Assembly (NCBI GenBank): GCA_036172245.1
Contig: JAYWIR010000003.1
Coordinates: 5,022,001-5,086,000, forward strand
Source: Raillietiella orientalis
Lineage: Eukaryota
Length of the DNA stretch: 64,000 nt
Direction: 5' to 3'
The notes under the pieces are model-generated. The model did not search any database, was not told the DNA's origin, and worked only from the letters and a program-made list of their open reading frames with translations. The translations under genes and the position numbers were made by a program. This document shows positions 38,960 to 53,530 of this stretch, piece after piece (the first letter of the stretch is position 1; every line of letters begins with the position of its first letter).

Positions 38960-40060
38960 TTTGGATTCAGCTCTTGCTCCATTTGTTGTAGGAACCACTT
39001 ACCATCGTAGTTTGGTACGTTCCATCACCATCTGTTCACAAACGACTCTTCTGTCACGCTCTCTTCTCATCTCAGCTACTCCAGTAATACTCAACCTGCG
39101 TATCCTAGAATCCTAGTCGTTCCATTGCAACTTTAGCACATCATTAGCACTTGAATCCCACAGACAGAGCTCCTAGCCATTCCCAGATTCTACTGTGATC
39201 TTTCGGACAGCCAGGAGTGCATGTCCTCATTCTGGGAGGAATTTCATCCCGGTCCTTCCAGCGTCTTACCCAACAGAAGGAAAGGAATCTCGAAATTCTC
39301 TAGTGCCACAAGAGCCCTCCACACAACAATGCTCGTAGTGCATCTTTATTGTAGCTCTCGATAAAGATCTTGTTCCACCTCGGGACACAAGTGGTTGCTG
39401 CTACCTCTTCTGGACTTCAGGCTTGTGATGTGCCACCTATCTGATGGCCAGTATACCAAACTGGATGAATGGGCAGCCTTTTGATCTAAAGTTGTCTTGT
39501 AGAGGACCCCTTCCATCGAACTCCAAGTTATCTGTCTCTTCACCGTCGGAGGAGTTGCTGGAGTAGTCCTCTCTGGCTCATCCATCGGCAGCTCTCTTCT
39601 CAAGGCGGATTCTAATGGGACCATCTTACCTTGTCAGGAAGAGCCGTACTTTCATCCACTGATCTTCCCAAAAGATGCTTTTGCTATTCGAAACCCATTT
39701 TTCCTCGATATTTGCCCCAGTAAATACGACCTTCCTCTTTCAACAGCTTCCAGAACTCAAAGAAATGCCTCGATGTTACCCAGACCACTAAACGTCATCA
39801 AGAAATGACCTACCATTTCACCCTTGGCGCCGTTTCTTCTTAAGCCTCCCCGAAGGTATCTCTATTCCTCGTTCCAAACGCTTAAAAATTCGCTTCACAA
39901 TCTTCCATCCATTCAAAAACTCGCATTATCCTACTAATCTGGAGAGATGCATGAACTAGTTTTGATGGTCATCCATGATGTTCAGTGGTAATCCTATGAA
40001 TACTTCAAAGTTCCTGTTCTTCGTCACAAAGTACTTCGCTAATCCTCTACGACCGCATCA
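38960..40060 (-). mobile_element. Possible very old Ty3/Gypsy pol relic
   Basis: Weak degenerate motifs: EVVFTGANIEEKW (cf. V.FLGH.IS..G), EGVLYK, VEYYWS (cf. VDYYS.W) and VPNYDGKWF (cf. GVP....SD.G.QF). Confidence 0.3.
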
Positions 40061-40169
40061 AAGTAGTTCCAACCTTCGCAACTTCTAAAATTCTATCTCT
40101 CTTAAAGAGGCGTCAGATGGGTGCATTCAGGAATGAAGAATCCGCGACGATCTGGGGAGTGAACTGATA

Positions 40170-42000
40170 ACCACTATGGAGGAGCTCGTTTTATCGTTTT
40201 GGACTTCTGGATGCTGTCGTTCCCATGGCTTTCATTTGTTTCTGACGGCAGTGGCTTGGAAACGCTAAAGGATGCGCTCATTTTTCGCCACGCTCTGTCG
40301 AAGCAGAACAGAGAGCAGCCATGGAAACGAAGCGGAGCGTGGTTGCGTTCATTATGAACTGGTTCCTCTTTGCAAAAAAACGTTGACTTGTGCGAATCCG
40401 CAGAGACAGCGATCTCGGAGTCTGCGTTCGTTCGATGTTTCGTTGCGTGGCACAGGTAATCGAGCATCCCACACCATAGTCTGCTTGGCCAACGATGATA
40501 ACATATTTGGCTGCCTAGTTCTCAGCTCGTGGGACGCCGATCCCAGCAGGTGGTAACCGCATGGAGCCTGGCTCGATTTCCGATGTGGATCCAGAAGGTC
40601 TTTCTTGTTTACCACCGCAGTTCAAGGTGCATTCCCTCTTGAGAGTGCTTGTATTCCACGATGACTTTCTTATGGATTCCGGGTTCTCCTTGCGAGCACA
40701 TTTCTGGAACCATGTGCCATCAGCTCACCAAAGAGCCTGCCGGAAGCAGTCATCCAGTCCTCGGACTTTCGTTTCTTCCTTTCGAGCTTTCATCTACCGG
40801 CTTCGATCGCAGATGTAACTTCCTTTTCTTGAGTAGCGCCACAGCCGACAAGAGAGGACTTCTTTAAACTCGGTGGTGAAACTCGCCTCAGAAGGCCGTC
40901 GGAGTAATGTTTGCTGACATTCCGAGCGCCTTTGATTCGTAACGTCTCCCAAGCGTGCACCTCCAGAAGGATTCCTATCCCTTCGAGCAATGAACCTATC
41001 CTTCCATGTCTTGTCTAAATGCCAAGGAACTTGCTCCAGTGAGCCGCCGGTTATCGGATCAAGCATCCGTTTTACCAGTACCCTTTGCTCTCGCGGCAGA
41101 AGATTACTTGAGCCACATCAAGCCTTCTCCTCCTCAACCGAAGCCCTCCTCGATCTTCTGTTTCATCCTTTAGCTCCAAAGTTCTGCTCATCCTTGCATT
41201 CCCTGCATTCTTCCGTAGTTCCTAGCTTTCTTGACCGCAGTCTGAGGAACGCCGAGAAATCCAGAAAAGTTCTTTGGCTTGCCCAAAGCAGTGATCTGCA
41301 GGTGTCAGCACCTTCTTCCTCAACGCTGTGACCTACTCCCACACTTTCCTCTCCCTTTGCTCACAAACCCTCTTCTGTTGTTTCACCACCTCTGGGGGCA
41401 GCTGTGCCAGTAGCGACTGCGCTCGATCCTTGCAAGTCATCGTCCAGGACAGGAAGCAGCATTGTCTGGTGGGCCTCTTGTGGAACGACGCCTGGCATGG
41501 GAGAACAAGGGCGTACATGCAGCGAGAGGGAACGGGAGTTACCTATCCCTTCTCCGAACATGCAGGGAGCGCGTGTACAAACATATGCGCCTCACGGTCT
41601 TCCGCTGCAGCAGATTTGCTGCCTCATCAAGTAGCGTCTGCCTGACGGAGGGGAGGGCGGACCAGGAGGACAAACGGTGATGAAGTCAGACTCGACAGAG
41701 TCGCTTCATCGCGCGCCCTCAGACGGTTCAGGGACTCGCTGTTGGTTCTTCCAGAGCATGCGGTACGCTCGAGCACATAGAAGCGAGTGGTTCGACACGT
41801 AATTTCCGGTGGAGAGCTTCCGGTTACAGCTCGCTTCCTTGGAACAGGCAGGAGAACGGAGCGGTGCTGCAGCTGGACCAGCCGAGATCAGATCACTGGG
41901 AAGCGGTTTGGGATTCCGGCGCTCGCGTGTCACAGACGCGAACTGAGTTGGCACATACGGAGAGCAGCTACCGAATCTGGAGGTAGGAAGGCTGCGAAGG
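40170..42000 (-). mobile_element. Decayed L1-like ORF2 relic
   Basis: YVSNHSLL (SDH-like), EKEVTSAIE followed by a frameshifted KS.GLD motif near 40770, and a FDR-like segment. Confidence 0.35.
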
Positions 42001-43399
42001 AACGGCGGCGGCAGTTCGAAGGCAGACGCCGTTCCAGGTCCCTCTGTCTGGGTTCTGGGAGATAGGTTGTGGGAGATGCAGTCAAGACGCGGGTGGTCAC
42101 TAGCGTTCAAGAACCCGAAAGATCGAATGGGGTGCTTCCCGGAGCGAATTTAGTTTGTCTGGTCTGTGCGAAATGCTCGGGAGTAACAGAGGAATCCCGT
42201 CCGTGGGTGTCCTCAGTCCATGCAACTGGACATCCGAGACCACAATGGGTTCCTGTCCAAGAATGCTTTCACCGAGGGACTTATGTAGGTTCAGAAGCTT
42301 ATCATAAGAGGGAGATGGATATTGAACAGACAACTGCTTACGGTGAGCCAGGCAGATGGCACCGGTCATTCAAGAAAACAACGTGCCTGTCGAACAGAGG
42401 TCGAAGTTCGAGTCGATGCTTCCTGCGTAACAGGCTGCGGACTCGTTCCCAAGCAGATCGAAGGGAGCCATCACGAAGGAGTTCAGAGGAGATCCAATAA
42501 TCACAACAAGTCAAATACAAAATAGGGAAATGGAGGGTAGGCGGTGGATAGAGGAGTCTATTGAGCGAATGCTGGGCGCGATACTGGCGTTTGTATTCTG
42601 CATGCATACTCCAACCGAAGGAGAGAGATAGGGCGGGCCACGCTGCGATGCAAGCCCGATTTGCGTGCATACTGCTCTCCTGGAACAGGGCTTGCTCTCA
42701 CACTTTTCAAGGAGGAGGATGGACTGGACTGATTTAGACCTTTGTCGAGGGTCACTTGACCCAAACTCAAGTGAAGTGGCATCTGCATCCAAGTAACAGA
42801 GCTCATTCTCTAGCAAAATCAAGAGATTCCGCTGGAGAATAGAGGAAATAGACGAGAAACACTCAAGAGGAAATGGAAAGGAGCAAAGTTTGGTAGTCGT
42901 GGTGAGCCTCATTTGCTGCTTCTTACGTCGGGCCAGGACGGCACGAACAGCGAAAAGTTGCGAGGATAGGCACCGACTGTCATCGCTTTCCTTCCAAGAT
43001 GGAAGCGAGGGTCGGCAAACATCGAACGTTCGGATGTTTCCCAGCTAAGAACTCCAGAGTCACTCTCGGAGGAATGCCACCCTTGCGGCGGCCGTGCTGG
43101 AGAACTGGTCTTGCGGGCTGTCGCGGGAAGAATGTGGTGCGGCCACATCCATCTAACAAATGGAATCTGGAGGAGTGAACGACGAGCCCTCCTGCGGAGA
43201 TGTTGAGTTTCTGAGCTGGACGATGCCTAAAGAAGTGTGCCTTTTTCGTGGACGATCAGGAGGCGCCGTGCTCCTACAAGCTAAGTGAAGCTGGAACCGA
43301 GGGACCATCAGACAGGCTCCTGAAAAATCGGGCTAGGTTGACAAGGAACCTTGCAAGTCAGGGTCTGCGGGCTGAGGAATGAGCACCTGAGCACCTTCT

Positions 43400-44400
43400 T
43401 TCCGACCTAACCCGAAGGAAGAAATGCCTATCTGGTCATCAACTGTTACGAAGCACAGATAATTTTGTTTGTTTGTCTCTACGTGGAACTTTGATAGTTC
43501 AAAAGCAAAGCCGAACTTCATCATCTCCAGGGTCTCTTGTTTCGTAGTCGTCGAGTGAGTAGGATTGGGAAGACGAGAGTGTCTGAGGATGATGCGAAAG
43601 AAGGGATGGGTCTAAGCGTGTGGTAGGTCAGGTCAGGATGTTTTCGCCCTGTTTATGGAGAGAGACACGAGAAATCCATAGTGGCAGTGCGTTCGGCGGA
43701 GCAGGTGTGCTTGGATGAGCGGACATGTGTTTCGTTCTGTGCGGAGATTATGCAAAGTTCCTTCCTAATGCTGGTAAATCCGCCGCCAAGTAGGCATGAT
43801 CCTAGACTGGTCAGCATGTCTGCTCAAGAAAGCCGGATGCTGAAGGTAGAAGGATTCGCGGAAGGTCCCCTGATTACGTGGCGAATACCACAGATGGCAC
43901 CGGGTGAGACGCAGATTCGTGCGCAAAAGGTGGACGTCAGGGCTCCACTCCGCGTGCAAGCATTTTGATCCGATGTACCTGAGCAGGAGTGAAGGCATCG
44001 ATGGTGATGCTGGAAGGTCGAGATGTCCAGCAAGTAGCGCAGCCCAGCTGGGCAAAAGATAAGGCTTTGGCTTCTTTGCTCTGTGCAAGCGCCAGGGCTC
44101 CTGGAATGCCCGTGAGCAGCGTAGGTGAGAACCGGAAAGTTCGTTTATTCTGCAAATTCAGGTTCCTTACGTGTTACCTGTGAGCTGTGCATGGAGTATT
44201 GCAGGGTCAGAACAAAGTGCGGGAACTCTCTCGGATAATTATGTGGACCGTGCTGCTGAGAATTTTGCCTCATGAATTTTTCAATCAGGCAGAATTGATG
44301 TTGGCATGTCTCGCGAGGCTGGTTTCAGGAGGTTCCTTCAAGTTTATTCGGGTATTGGATGTTTATGGTAGAATGGTTTTTTTGAATGCTGGGATGGGAT
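43400..44400 (-). mobile_element. Decayed LINE APE-endonuclease relic
   Basis: STINI (T.N motif), LWYSP...RESFY and CLLGGGF (cf. ILGGDFN) in the expected order. Confidence 0.35.
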
Positions 44401-45779
44401 CACGGGTGAACTTAAATCGCGTTTGAGTATGGCAATGATTCTGCAAGGGTTTTGAGCTATACTTTACAATGTTTCATCTTTCGAATACCAGAGATGTAGA
44501 CTCCGAGAGGGGCGTCTTCAGCTCTTCGGAGGCAGCGCAGTTGAACTTGATGAGAAGGTCCAGTTCTGGCTCAGAGGCTGCAACTCGAAGAGGAGTTTGT
44601 CTTCTAAAAGTCAACAACAAAAACGAATGAGCTATCAGATGGCCATTTTTTTTTTTTTTTTAAAAAAAAAAAAATGTAGAAAGGTGAAAGTGTGAGGATT
44701 TTGTGAAATGAAAATATCAATGGCGGGTGGACAGACAGAAACTGCAGCACTCGGAATGAGTAGTAGTGTTTTTTTTTTTTCTTTTTCGTAGAAAGCGATG
44801 GACTTGATTGAGTCTCCTTCTTGAAACTGTAGTTGTGAGGAGCGATGGAAATTTTTAGTTGTTTTCACATTTTAGTCGATGTACAGGAAGCAGCAAGAAG
44901 CTGGACAGAGGAATTATAGATTTCTAGGTTTGATAATAAAAGGAGCGCGATGACTCTTCATTCGAGAGTGGCAGCAATTTTCATCCTAGGCAGAGTCTTT
45001 CATGGCAAAGTAATCTGAATCGTTATCCTGCGGCATTGTGAATTTGCATTACAATAATAATGGCAGCGGCACAGTGAAGAATAGTAATGCCCAAGATCGA
45101 AGCAAGATCCAAGTCTCATGGATCCAAATCAACACAGAGCTACTCGAGGAAATTAATTTGTGCTGGTCATCAAAATCCTTTCCATCGGAAAGTCCTTCAC
45201 AGTACGGTGGCAGGCATGTACTGGTGCGTCACCTTCGTGTTTTCGAAGGAAAGTTCCAGTCGACGGTTCGAATTCGGCAGAAGTACGAATCTCTGAAAGG
45301 TGAGGACGGGTGGCAGTCTATTGAGTTCAGTTTCTTCGGCTCCGATGTGGGAGCTTTGAATCGATGTTTCATTCTCGACTCTTTCGTGTGCAGAGAACGC
45401 TAGCGTACAGTGTACACGAGGCAGTGGCGAGGCATTCAAGGTTCCGTTCATTTTGGCTCAGGGACATCCCGAAGGAAATCGTCCGAGATTTTTTGCGCTT
45501 CCAATGCAAAATGGACAAACAAACTTTGGTCTTGGAGTCAGACATGATTCGATTTTGAGAAACCCCAGGATGCTGACAGCGAATTTGAAAAGACCTGAAA
45601 GTCTGGATCATGAAGCTGGGCTCATCCTGTTTAAACCGCCAAACTAAGATGCTTCCCATCCACTAACACCAACTGGAGCCTTTTTTGGAGCGATCGTGAC
45701 GGCAAACCCAGAGATGAATTTGAAATGCATTGCTGAAAAATATCCCATGACATGTAAATAAACCCAGAGATGTTCCATT

Positions 45780-46200
45780 AATTACTTTAAAAATGGTGGT
45801 CATATGTCGGCCACAACTTCCACAATGCTGTGGAAGTTGTGGTCTTTTCTTCTTTGATAGAGGACCGCGCCAGTTCAGTGTCCTTATCTATGCCATCTGC
45901 AAGTCATATGTTTATTTGTTTTCGTGTTCAGAACGTGATAACATACCCAAATCACAGACTTTTCGTTTGTTCTAGTAAAATGAGCATGTTGAAAGTTCGA
46001 GTTTTATTCTATCCGCCATCTACATTTCTCAATAAGGATGCAATTAATTTCGCATAAAGAACTACGCTCTATACAGAGCGTGTGAACCACATTAACGAGC
46101 ACAGAAATATTCATGACTTGTGTTTCCTATCAGAAGCTGGCAGAGGATTTTCAAAAACTTCCATTCCAACAGCTGTTGGTATGGAAGCTTTCAAGCAGCC
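45780..46200 (+). mobile_element. Decayed CR1/L2/Jockey-like LINE 3' region
   Basis: ICRPQL (cf. Y...RP.LEY) and a frameshifted IFK.S..PTA.GW segment (cf. F..SFFPRT...WN). Confidence 0.35.
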
Positions 46201-47224
46201 AAATTTGAGTTGGAGTTTTTCGTGCTCTTTCTAATGCACTGTCATTGTGTGGCAATGATTCAAATCTAAGGAACCAGTTCCAGTCGATCCTTGTTTTGCT
46301 CCTTCCATTGAGATCCCCATCCACAGATGTGGTGCACAGGCAAACGCACCGTGGCTGTTTAGGCTGTCTCTCCCACTATTCTGCAGATAATCCGAAGGCT
46401 GCTGAGCGCCACAAAGAGAGGAACGAAAAACTTTCTTGCTGTGGCCTCTCGCCTCAGAAGTGTGCGAAAGAGCTACCGAATGGCTCGACCCCTTTTGACC
46501 AACACCCATGATTAGAAAAGCTTAAAAGCTTAAAGCATGATCAGCGGAGAGTGAGATACTTTATCTCCCAAACTGCACACGAAAACCTTCCGGATGTCCA
46601 GTCACCATGGAAACGGGGTTCGGCCCGGTCACCCGCGCAACGGCGGGCGTATGCTGCAAACCGATCCCGCTGCTGCAGGCGGGTTCATCGCAGCCCACAA
46701 GACGTGCAGAAATTTCTGCAAACGCGAACCATTCTTCCCTCTACGTAAGACTCTTCTCTGACCTGTCGGTCATGAATCCCCCATAGGAGCCACGGAGAGC
46801 AGAACGCACTTCTCGATGAAGAGGGCTCGTCTGTGCTGTGCACCGAACGTGATCTTCCGAGCCACACGATGGACCCAAGCCTCGGTGTTGCAGAGTCCAT
46901 CAGGGCAAGGGACCGGGCCCACGCCCAAAAGTTGTTCTGCGCCGGGGCAAGGTGGAAGGAGCCCCGGAGGCCGGAAGCACGAAACCCCGCAATCGAACTG
47001 CAGGATTTCAGCGGAAGCTTTTTCTAAGGGTGCTCTTTTCCAAACATTCGTGTCCTTGGGTGTTGTATTGTCCTTCTTCCCCGCGCACGTACTCGGCGTG
47101 CACGCGGTGCACGTGCAAAACAGCTGATGCTTCACCGTGTACACACCCCGGTGGGGGGCGGCGGGCCCAGGCGCGGCGCGGCACAGCTGATGCTCCCTGC
47201 GATCGGCGTGCGGCATGCAATTCC

Positions 47225-47275
47225 ATGCTGGAAATCAAATGGGTTGGAATCTGTGCTGTACTTTCTGTACTCTGC
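47225..47275 (+). CDS. Candidate first coding exon with signal-peptide-like sequence (MLEIKWVGICAVLSVLC)
   Basis: ATG, a hydrophobic run and a perfect GTAAGT donor, preceded by a CpG-rich patch with two ACAGCTGATGCT E-box repeats. No linked downstream exon established. Confidence 0.25.
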
Positions 47276-50200
47276 GTAAGTTTCCTGAGGAAAATGGGCA
47301 GAATAGGGTCCTGAATTCGGTATACGATGAATGTATAGTACTTCACGTCGGTGGGAGTAAGAGAAATGGTGTGTTCCACGAAGAGCAGATAGTGTTGTCT
47401 CATGAAAGCGGGTCGCCGGATAGTACAAATGTTACATTTATTTAAGCTGTCCCCACAATGTTTTTAGAATACAGAACATTTTTGTGTTTCTGGGTAAGTG
47501 TGTGAGTTACTCCGGTATGCTCAAGTTTATATAAAAAGACAAAAAAAAAAAAAAAAAACAAAGTCACGATCCAGAAAATTGCGCTAGAGTACAGAAATAT
47601 AGGAATGTATATGGAAAAATGTGTTGAAAGCTTAATGTTAACTTGCAAAATTGTAACATCAGAAATTTCCTGATGTCAAACCGCGTAATCTAAGTAGATT
47701 TCTTATCAACTGTAGTACTGTGTCAGTTTTCTGCACTGGTTCCGGTTCAGAAAGTGAGTTAATTCTATGAATAACAAATGAAGAAAAATGAGATATCAAA
47801 GTAGATATGTTCCCGAGTATCAGTTTAAAACGTACCAAGTCATTGTCTGTTAGATAATACGGAAAGAATTTGAGACGTAGCATTCAGTTGGCATAACTTC
47901 AACATGACCATGTATTTCAAGGGTTTATTTTGTAAACAAACAGGTGAAAATTAAATAAAGGTTTAGCAGGTTGTCTTTTAAAAATCTCCAGATTGTTGTT
48001 CGTTCACGAACACATTGCTTCAATAGCCTATGTAGACCAAAGTTTTATTTTGTCTTCAGTGTAAGGCAATTTCTTTCAAAAATCAATTTACTTTGCTGCT
48101 TGATTGTAATTATGTGAGGCTTAGCTATGCTTACATGTCTAGTACACATGGATAAAATAAATACAAGTACAAAATGGTTTTAATCATCAGCACATAGTAA
48201 AGCATCTTAAAAGACAGGAAGTGACTAGATGACATAAGGAAATTACAGTGATGGATGTGTGAAGACTGCAGGCTGTGCAGAATAAAATTGAATTTAAGTG
48301 CTCTTTAAGTATGATTAATATTATTGCAGAATATTATCAGTCCCCTAAATGTTTATGCAAATGAAAATAGAGGTTCGTAAATGGGGGATGGATGTTCAAA
48401 TGAAAATGTTCATGTGGAGCCTAACAGATGATTCATATTCATTCTGAGCTGTTCTTGCAATGAGTGCAGCAATAACTGTATATGGTTTTTTTTTTTTTTT
48501 TAACATTGAGGATCTATTTATACATATGCATTTGAGTGCTGCTTTGCTTAATTGAAGATGATTTTATCATGAAGTGATTTTTCAATAAATTAAATTATTT
48601 AATAAACTTCTGAACCACTGCTAAAGATTTTGAGAACCTTCACATGATACTGTATTGATATAATCATAATAAAGCTCTTATGCCTAAATTGCATTCTGAA
48701 ATTTTCGTTTTTCTTTGGATGGAAACGTCTTTGTAGGTTATAATTATCCATTCTGCAGGGATTCCATCCATATTGTACATGTCTTTCTGTGGTAAATTCC
48801 CAAGATTAATGCAATCTTGTGAATATCATTGTTTGGAATAATTAGATTCAGACCATTTTTATTGCATTTTTTTTTTTTCTTTTTGCAAATGCCAAGCTTT
48901 GTGTGTGTCAATTTGCTATTCATCGAAAACAATTTTTTTACCTCCTTCAGACTTCCACAATAACATTTGTCGTATTTCCTTTTCTGTACTCTGTTTTTTT
49001 TTTTGTGTGTGTGTGTGTGTTTTTTGTTTGCAAACATCCTGCTTTATGATCAACCTCGAGTGTTCTGATTTTATTTTTTCATCCCTGTGTGCCTTCTGAG
49101 TTGCATCAGTTGGTTTGCTGGTGTTTATCTGTTTTCTCTGCAGCAAGAGAAACGAATGAAACGGGTTCATTTCTCCCATTCATGCAGGTCATTGCATTTC
49201 TTGGCATCAAACATGGTGCATGATGTGGCCAATGCAGCAGTAGGTCAACCAAGGTGTTTTCTTGATTCAGATGATAACTCCTCCCCCGCCCCCCCTCCAT
49301 TTTTTGCATGATGTCGATTTATTTCCAGTTCGTATGTATCCTGGAAATTTGATGCCCCCTATTAGCTCGGACCCTGCACGAATACTTCGAACCCCTGCGC
49401 CCATCGTCCTTAAAAATCTTCAACTCCATCCTCTTTCTCCCAATTCCAAAAGCTAGTGTTCTGATTTTAACGATTAGCAACCGAGTTTTTCTATCCATCG
49501 CCAGCCGTGTGAAACACTTTTGTTTCATGAGTGTGAAATCTGGATTTATTTTTGTGAAAGTAAAGCCTTTGCCATTAGAAAGGTCTTTTGTGCCTCTGAT
49601 CATCTTGGATGGAAGCATCCCAGTCCTTGATGGCGCTCAGCACAAAGATCTGAGATGGTTCCGTGTGATGGTTTGCATGGCTTAAAATCAAGTAAACTGA
49701 ACCCCTTGGGTTTTTTTTTTTTTGTTTTGGAATTTTGTGAAATGTACGAAACGCGTGTGTGATGTAAGCATGTCGAGAAAAGGATATTTCAGTCTCCCCC
49801 CCCCCCCTAATTTGGTTTCCATTTTCTCGGTTCCTGTCTGTCCTGGAAGGAGTCCAGGAAACTTGTATCAGGTCTCGTGGATTTGAGAAATGCGAAACAT
49901 GTGAATCACATCTGGTCCATAACAGCATCTTACTTGGTACCGTAATTGCCCCGAGAAATGTTGGCTAACGAAATTTCTCGAGGAGCTAGAAGAAGTACAT
50001 GGTACAGTGGGATTCGTTGTGTACTGTTTTCACAAGGGTTTTCCTTTTTATAAGTCATCTTTTGGATCTCTCTCGATTTTCAATGGCATACTTTTGGGAG
50101 GTGGATGTTGGTAATGCCTGCTGATTTGTGCTTTCGATTCTTATGGCAGTCGTGTGTTATCTTCAGTGTTAGAAAATCGAGTTCGTGTGTACAGTATGGA

Positions 50201-50559
50201 ATGTCATTTCCCAGAAAAAAAAAATTAGACCAGCTTGCTTGCACAGTCGTAGCGCCGGTTATATTCTTTTAGATGCAGTCTTTTATGGTGGAAGCCCCCT
50301 TCCCCCCCTCGCTCTCCCCCAGTTGGAACCGGAGAAATGTCGTTAATTACATGCTGATGCCTCTGCTTCGTTTTTTGAGGAAACCATGCCATGTATCGCA
50401 ACGTATTTGTTCCTTTGGGAGAAATAGCAGCTGTAATTCTATGGAGAACAGGGAAAACATTCCTTTAGAGATAAAAGCAGCGTGTAAGCTCTAATGGGGA
50501 AACCTTTTGTTGATGGTAAGAACATTGGGTCTTTGCGTCAATAGCTAACCTTTGAATGA

Positions 50560-51450
50560 GGAAAGAACGGGAATGAGTCACGGCGTCGTTTTCCGCTGTC
50601 GGTGACGACGACGCTGGAGTGATCACAACCAGGGATAAAAGTCGAGGTCCTACTCCAGGTTTAAGAATCATTCGGTCCGCAGCAATCCCTGGCAACGTTT
50701 TCACTTGAAGAGTCCATTCCGTATTCTGCACGTCGATTGTGCTCACGAGGCTTCGAAGACGTGCCGTCGGCCAAACGGCTGCGGACTCCGATGAAGCTTT
50801 CCTTGCGTTTTTTCCTTCTTCTTTTGTTTGTTCCAAGTGGCTTCTGTGATCGGAGTGCGGAATTGCCTGCTAATTCCGCTGATTACCTTCTCGAGGAGAT
50901 CACTGGGTGAAATCGCAGGGTGTTTCCTGTTCTTGGATTGCTTCCCGCTGCAAGCTCTCGCGGGAAGTCGTCTCTGGGCTTGATCTCCTGACCGTTTCTG
51001 TGCATCGGAACATTGCTCGCGGCGGCATTTCAGTTCCGACCATCCTGGTCCGATTCTGCTTCTTCGCGTCGGAGAACCTCCTTCCTGAGCGTTTGGTTGT
51101 CTTATGCCACATAGAAGGTTAGCCGCCGCGGCACTTCCGTCATCGATTCTTCCGGGGTGTGGCTGGCTCATTTGCCAAAACAGCACCGGAGCCCTTGCGA
51201 TTTTCTCTTCATCTTCGCGTCGGAATCCGGTGTTCTGGACCTGGATGCAAACAGAGCTTTTGATGCGTTTCGCATGCGCAAGTGGGTACGTCCCAGCTGA
51301 GAGCAGACGTCTCCTGAATCGGAATCTTCCTCGCTTCGTCATTCGCATTCTGCAGGGGTGGTAGGGAAAGTCATCGCCTGTAGATGTTGCTGCTTCCCTC
51401 CTCTCGAAACTCTCTTCCTCCTAACCGAGCAGCAGCACTCTACAATTGCA
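50560..51450 (-). mobile_element. Decayed LINE APE/linker relic
   Basis: TGDDF (GDFN-like) and GTYPLAHAKRI (TY....RID-like). Confidence 0.3.
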
Positions 51451-52120
51451 TGGTCGATATTTTCAGAATTCCATTTAGTCTGAGTATGGAAATCTGTGGC
51501 AGTGCCCAGAACCTGTTTGGTTTCGTAGCAGGGCGGGAGGAGCTGTAGATGAAGCTGGAAGCGCATGTGTCAAGCATCCTCGAAGTTTCCACGGCGTTTT
51601 CGAATCTCTCGGTGCTCACGGTGTCCCATGGTGGCGGTTGTTAAGAGGGTTTCTTGACAACCTGACGTCAAAAAAATCGAAAAAGTCTTCCCCGAGATTC
51701 CGTCCTTAAATTCCTCCTTCTGTCTGCCAGGAGTTTTTTTCTCGACAGCAGCAATGTAATGCCCCTTGGGTGCCTGCGTACAGTCTCCGTACGGTCACCG
51801 AGTGAACCAAGTGTTCTTGGTTGCCTTACCAAACTGAAACAGTACGTTGCTCGGAGAGATCAGGAAAAGTCCCTCCCCTCGCTATGGACGCCCACGTTCG
51901 TTAGACGAGTAAGCAAACGTGGAGATTCTACGACGGTGCCCGATCATATCTGAACAGCTATTCGTTCCTTACATCCTTCCCCCCCCCTCTTTTTTTTTTT
52001 TTTTTTTTTAATGGGGTTGCAGATGGTGAGGGGAATTGTAAAATGATGGTTAAAATAGGAATAAAATGGAAAAAAAAAAAAAAAAAAGAAACAAGGCAAA
52101 ACAAAGGTTCTACACCGGTG

Positions 52121-52155
<35 letters not shown>

Positions 52156-53163
52156 GAGACAAAAGACATTGATGCGATGGTCTTTGAAGTCGATGGAAGA
52201 TAAAAATGAGTGAACTCTCCTTTCACGCATCTTTCGTGCCTCTGCGGCTGCTCAATTTGCATGGCGGCATAAATTGGGTTGGATTGATCGACTGTCGACG
52301 CACCGCTCTCCCGTGGAATTGCTGCTGCTGCGGCTTCGTCTCTGTGCTGGCCATGGTCACCGCAGGCAGTTGCTACGGCGATTGGACCCGCTATCAAAGC
52401 AAAGTACTGCGTCGCCAATCGGCACACGCACGCTTCCGTAGAGCTTTGGGAACATCCGTTCCCAAAGCTCCTGCGGAAGCGCGTTTCCAAGGCGGGACAT
52501 GCAACTCCTCCAACGTTTCGTGAGACAAAGACTGCACGTCTGGACGCCCCCCTCCTTCCTCCTCCCCCCCCGGCTCAACCGGATGATGCAAGCTCGCTCT
52601 TCCAAAGTGACTTGCTGCGAGTGGACGGGACCGATCCGGAAGACGTCCACGTCCTCGCTGCAAGTCCACGTGGACACGGAGCCGTTCCATATTTGCCGTT
52701 CCCCTGGATTTGCAAGGCAGCCCAGGATCCGCGGACGCTGCATTTCTTTTCTTTTCTTTTTGTCTTCTCCTACCCAGCCGCAGTAAACCTGGTGCCTTCC
52801 GGCTGTCTTCAGTCGGGTCGCAGCAGAGGTCCGCAGGGCGGGAGCTCGCACAGGGCGACCCGCGGTTAATGGGGACCGGGAGCAGGAAACAGGTGTTTGC
52901 GGAGCAGCGGGAATCCCGGGCAACCAGCGCGCGTGACTGCGCAGCGCGGAAACGCGCGCCGATAAGATTAGCAGCCTTCCTCGTTCCCGAGGAGGGCGGG
53001 AGATGTCGCCAGCGGTGCGCCACTCGTGTTCTTTTCCGACTTCGGGTTGCGCTCCGGAAACAGGTGAAATCGATCCTCGCCAAGTCATCCGCGCACGAGG
53101 TTATTGGGGGATTATCTGGGGAGCCATCTTCGTTATCCAGAGAAGTGAATAAAGGGGGATTCC

Positions 53164-53187
53164 GTGTGTGTGTGTGTGTGTGTGTGT
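53164..53187. repeat. (GT)n microsatellite
   Basis: Read directly from the sequence. Confidence 0.9.
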
Positions 53188-53530
53188 TTGGAAGGGGGGT
53201 TCTGGAGTATCCCTGCGAGAACACACGCGAAGTACGCGCTCGTTTCATTCGAATTGCATCCGTGCGCGGTGGAGAGGTGTCTTTGCAAAGCATGGAGGGA
53301 ACCGAGCCAAGGAAACAGGGATGAACGCATCCCTGTTTCGCAGATCCCCAACTCGCATCCTGCGTCGTTTGTGGCTCATTTGTTGCTCGCTGATTGTGAG
53401 GCGGAATTCGTTTCCCGGACGACGACACATCCCATCGCGCCAGAAGGAGCTTTCTTCCCTTCGCAGGCGAGCGCGTGTGAAATTTCTTCGAGGTGGCTGG
53501 AAGCATCCGCCATATTGGCCTCCTGGTTTT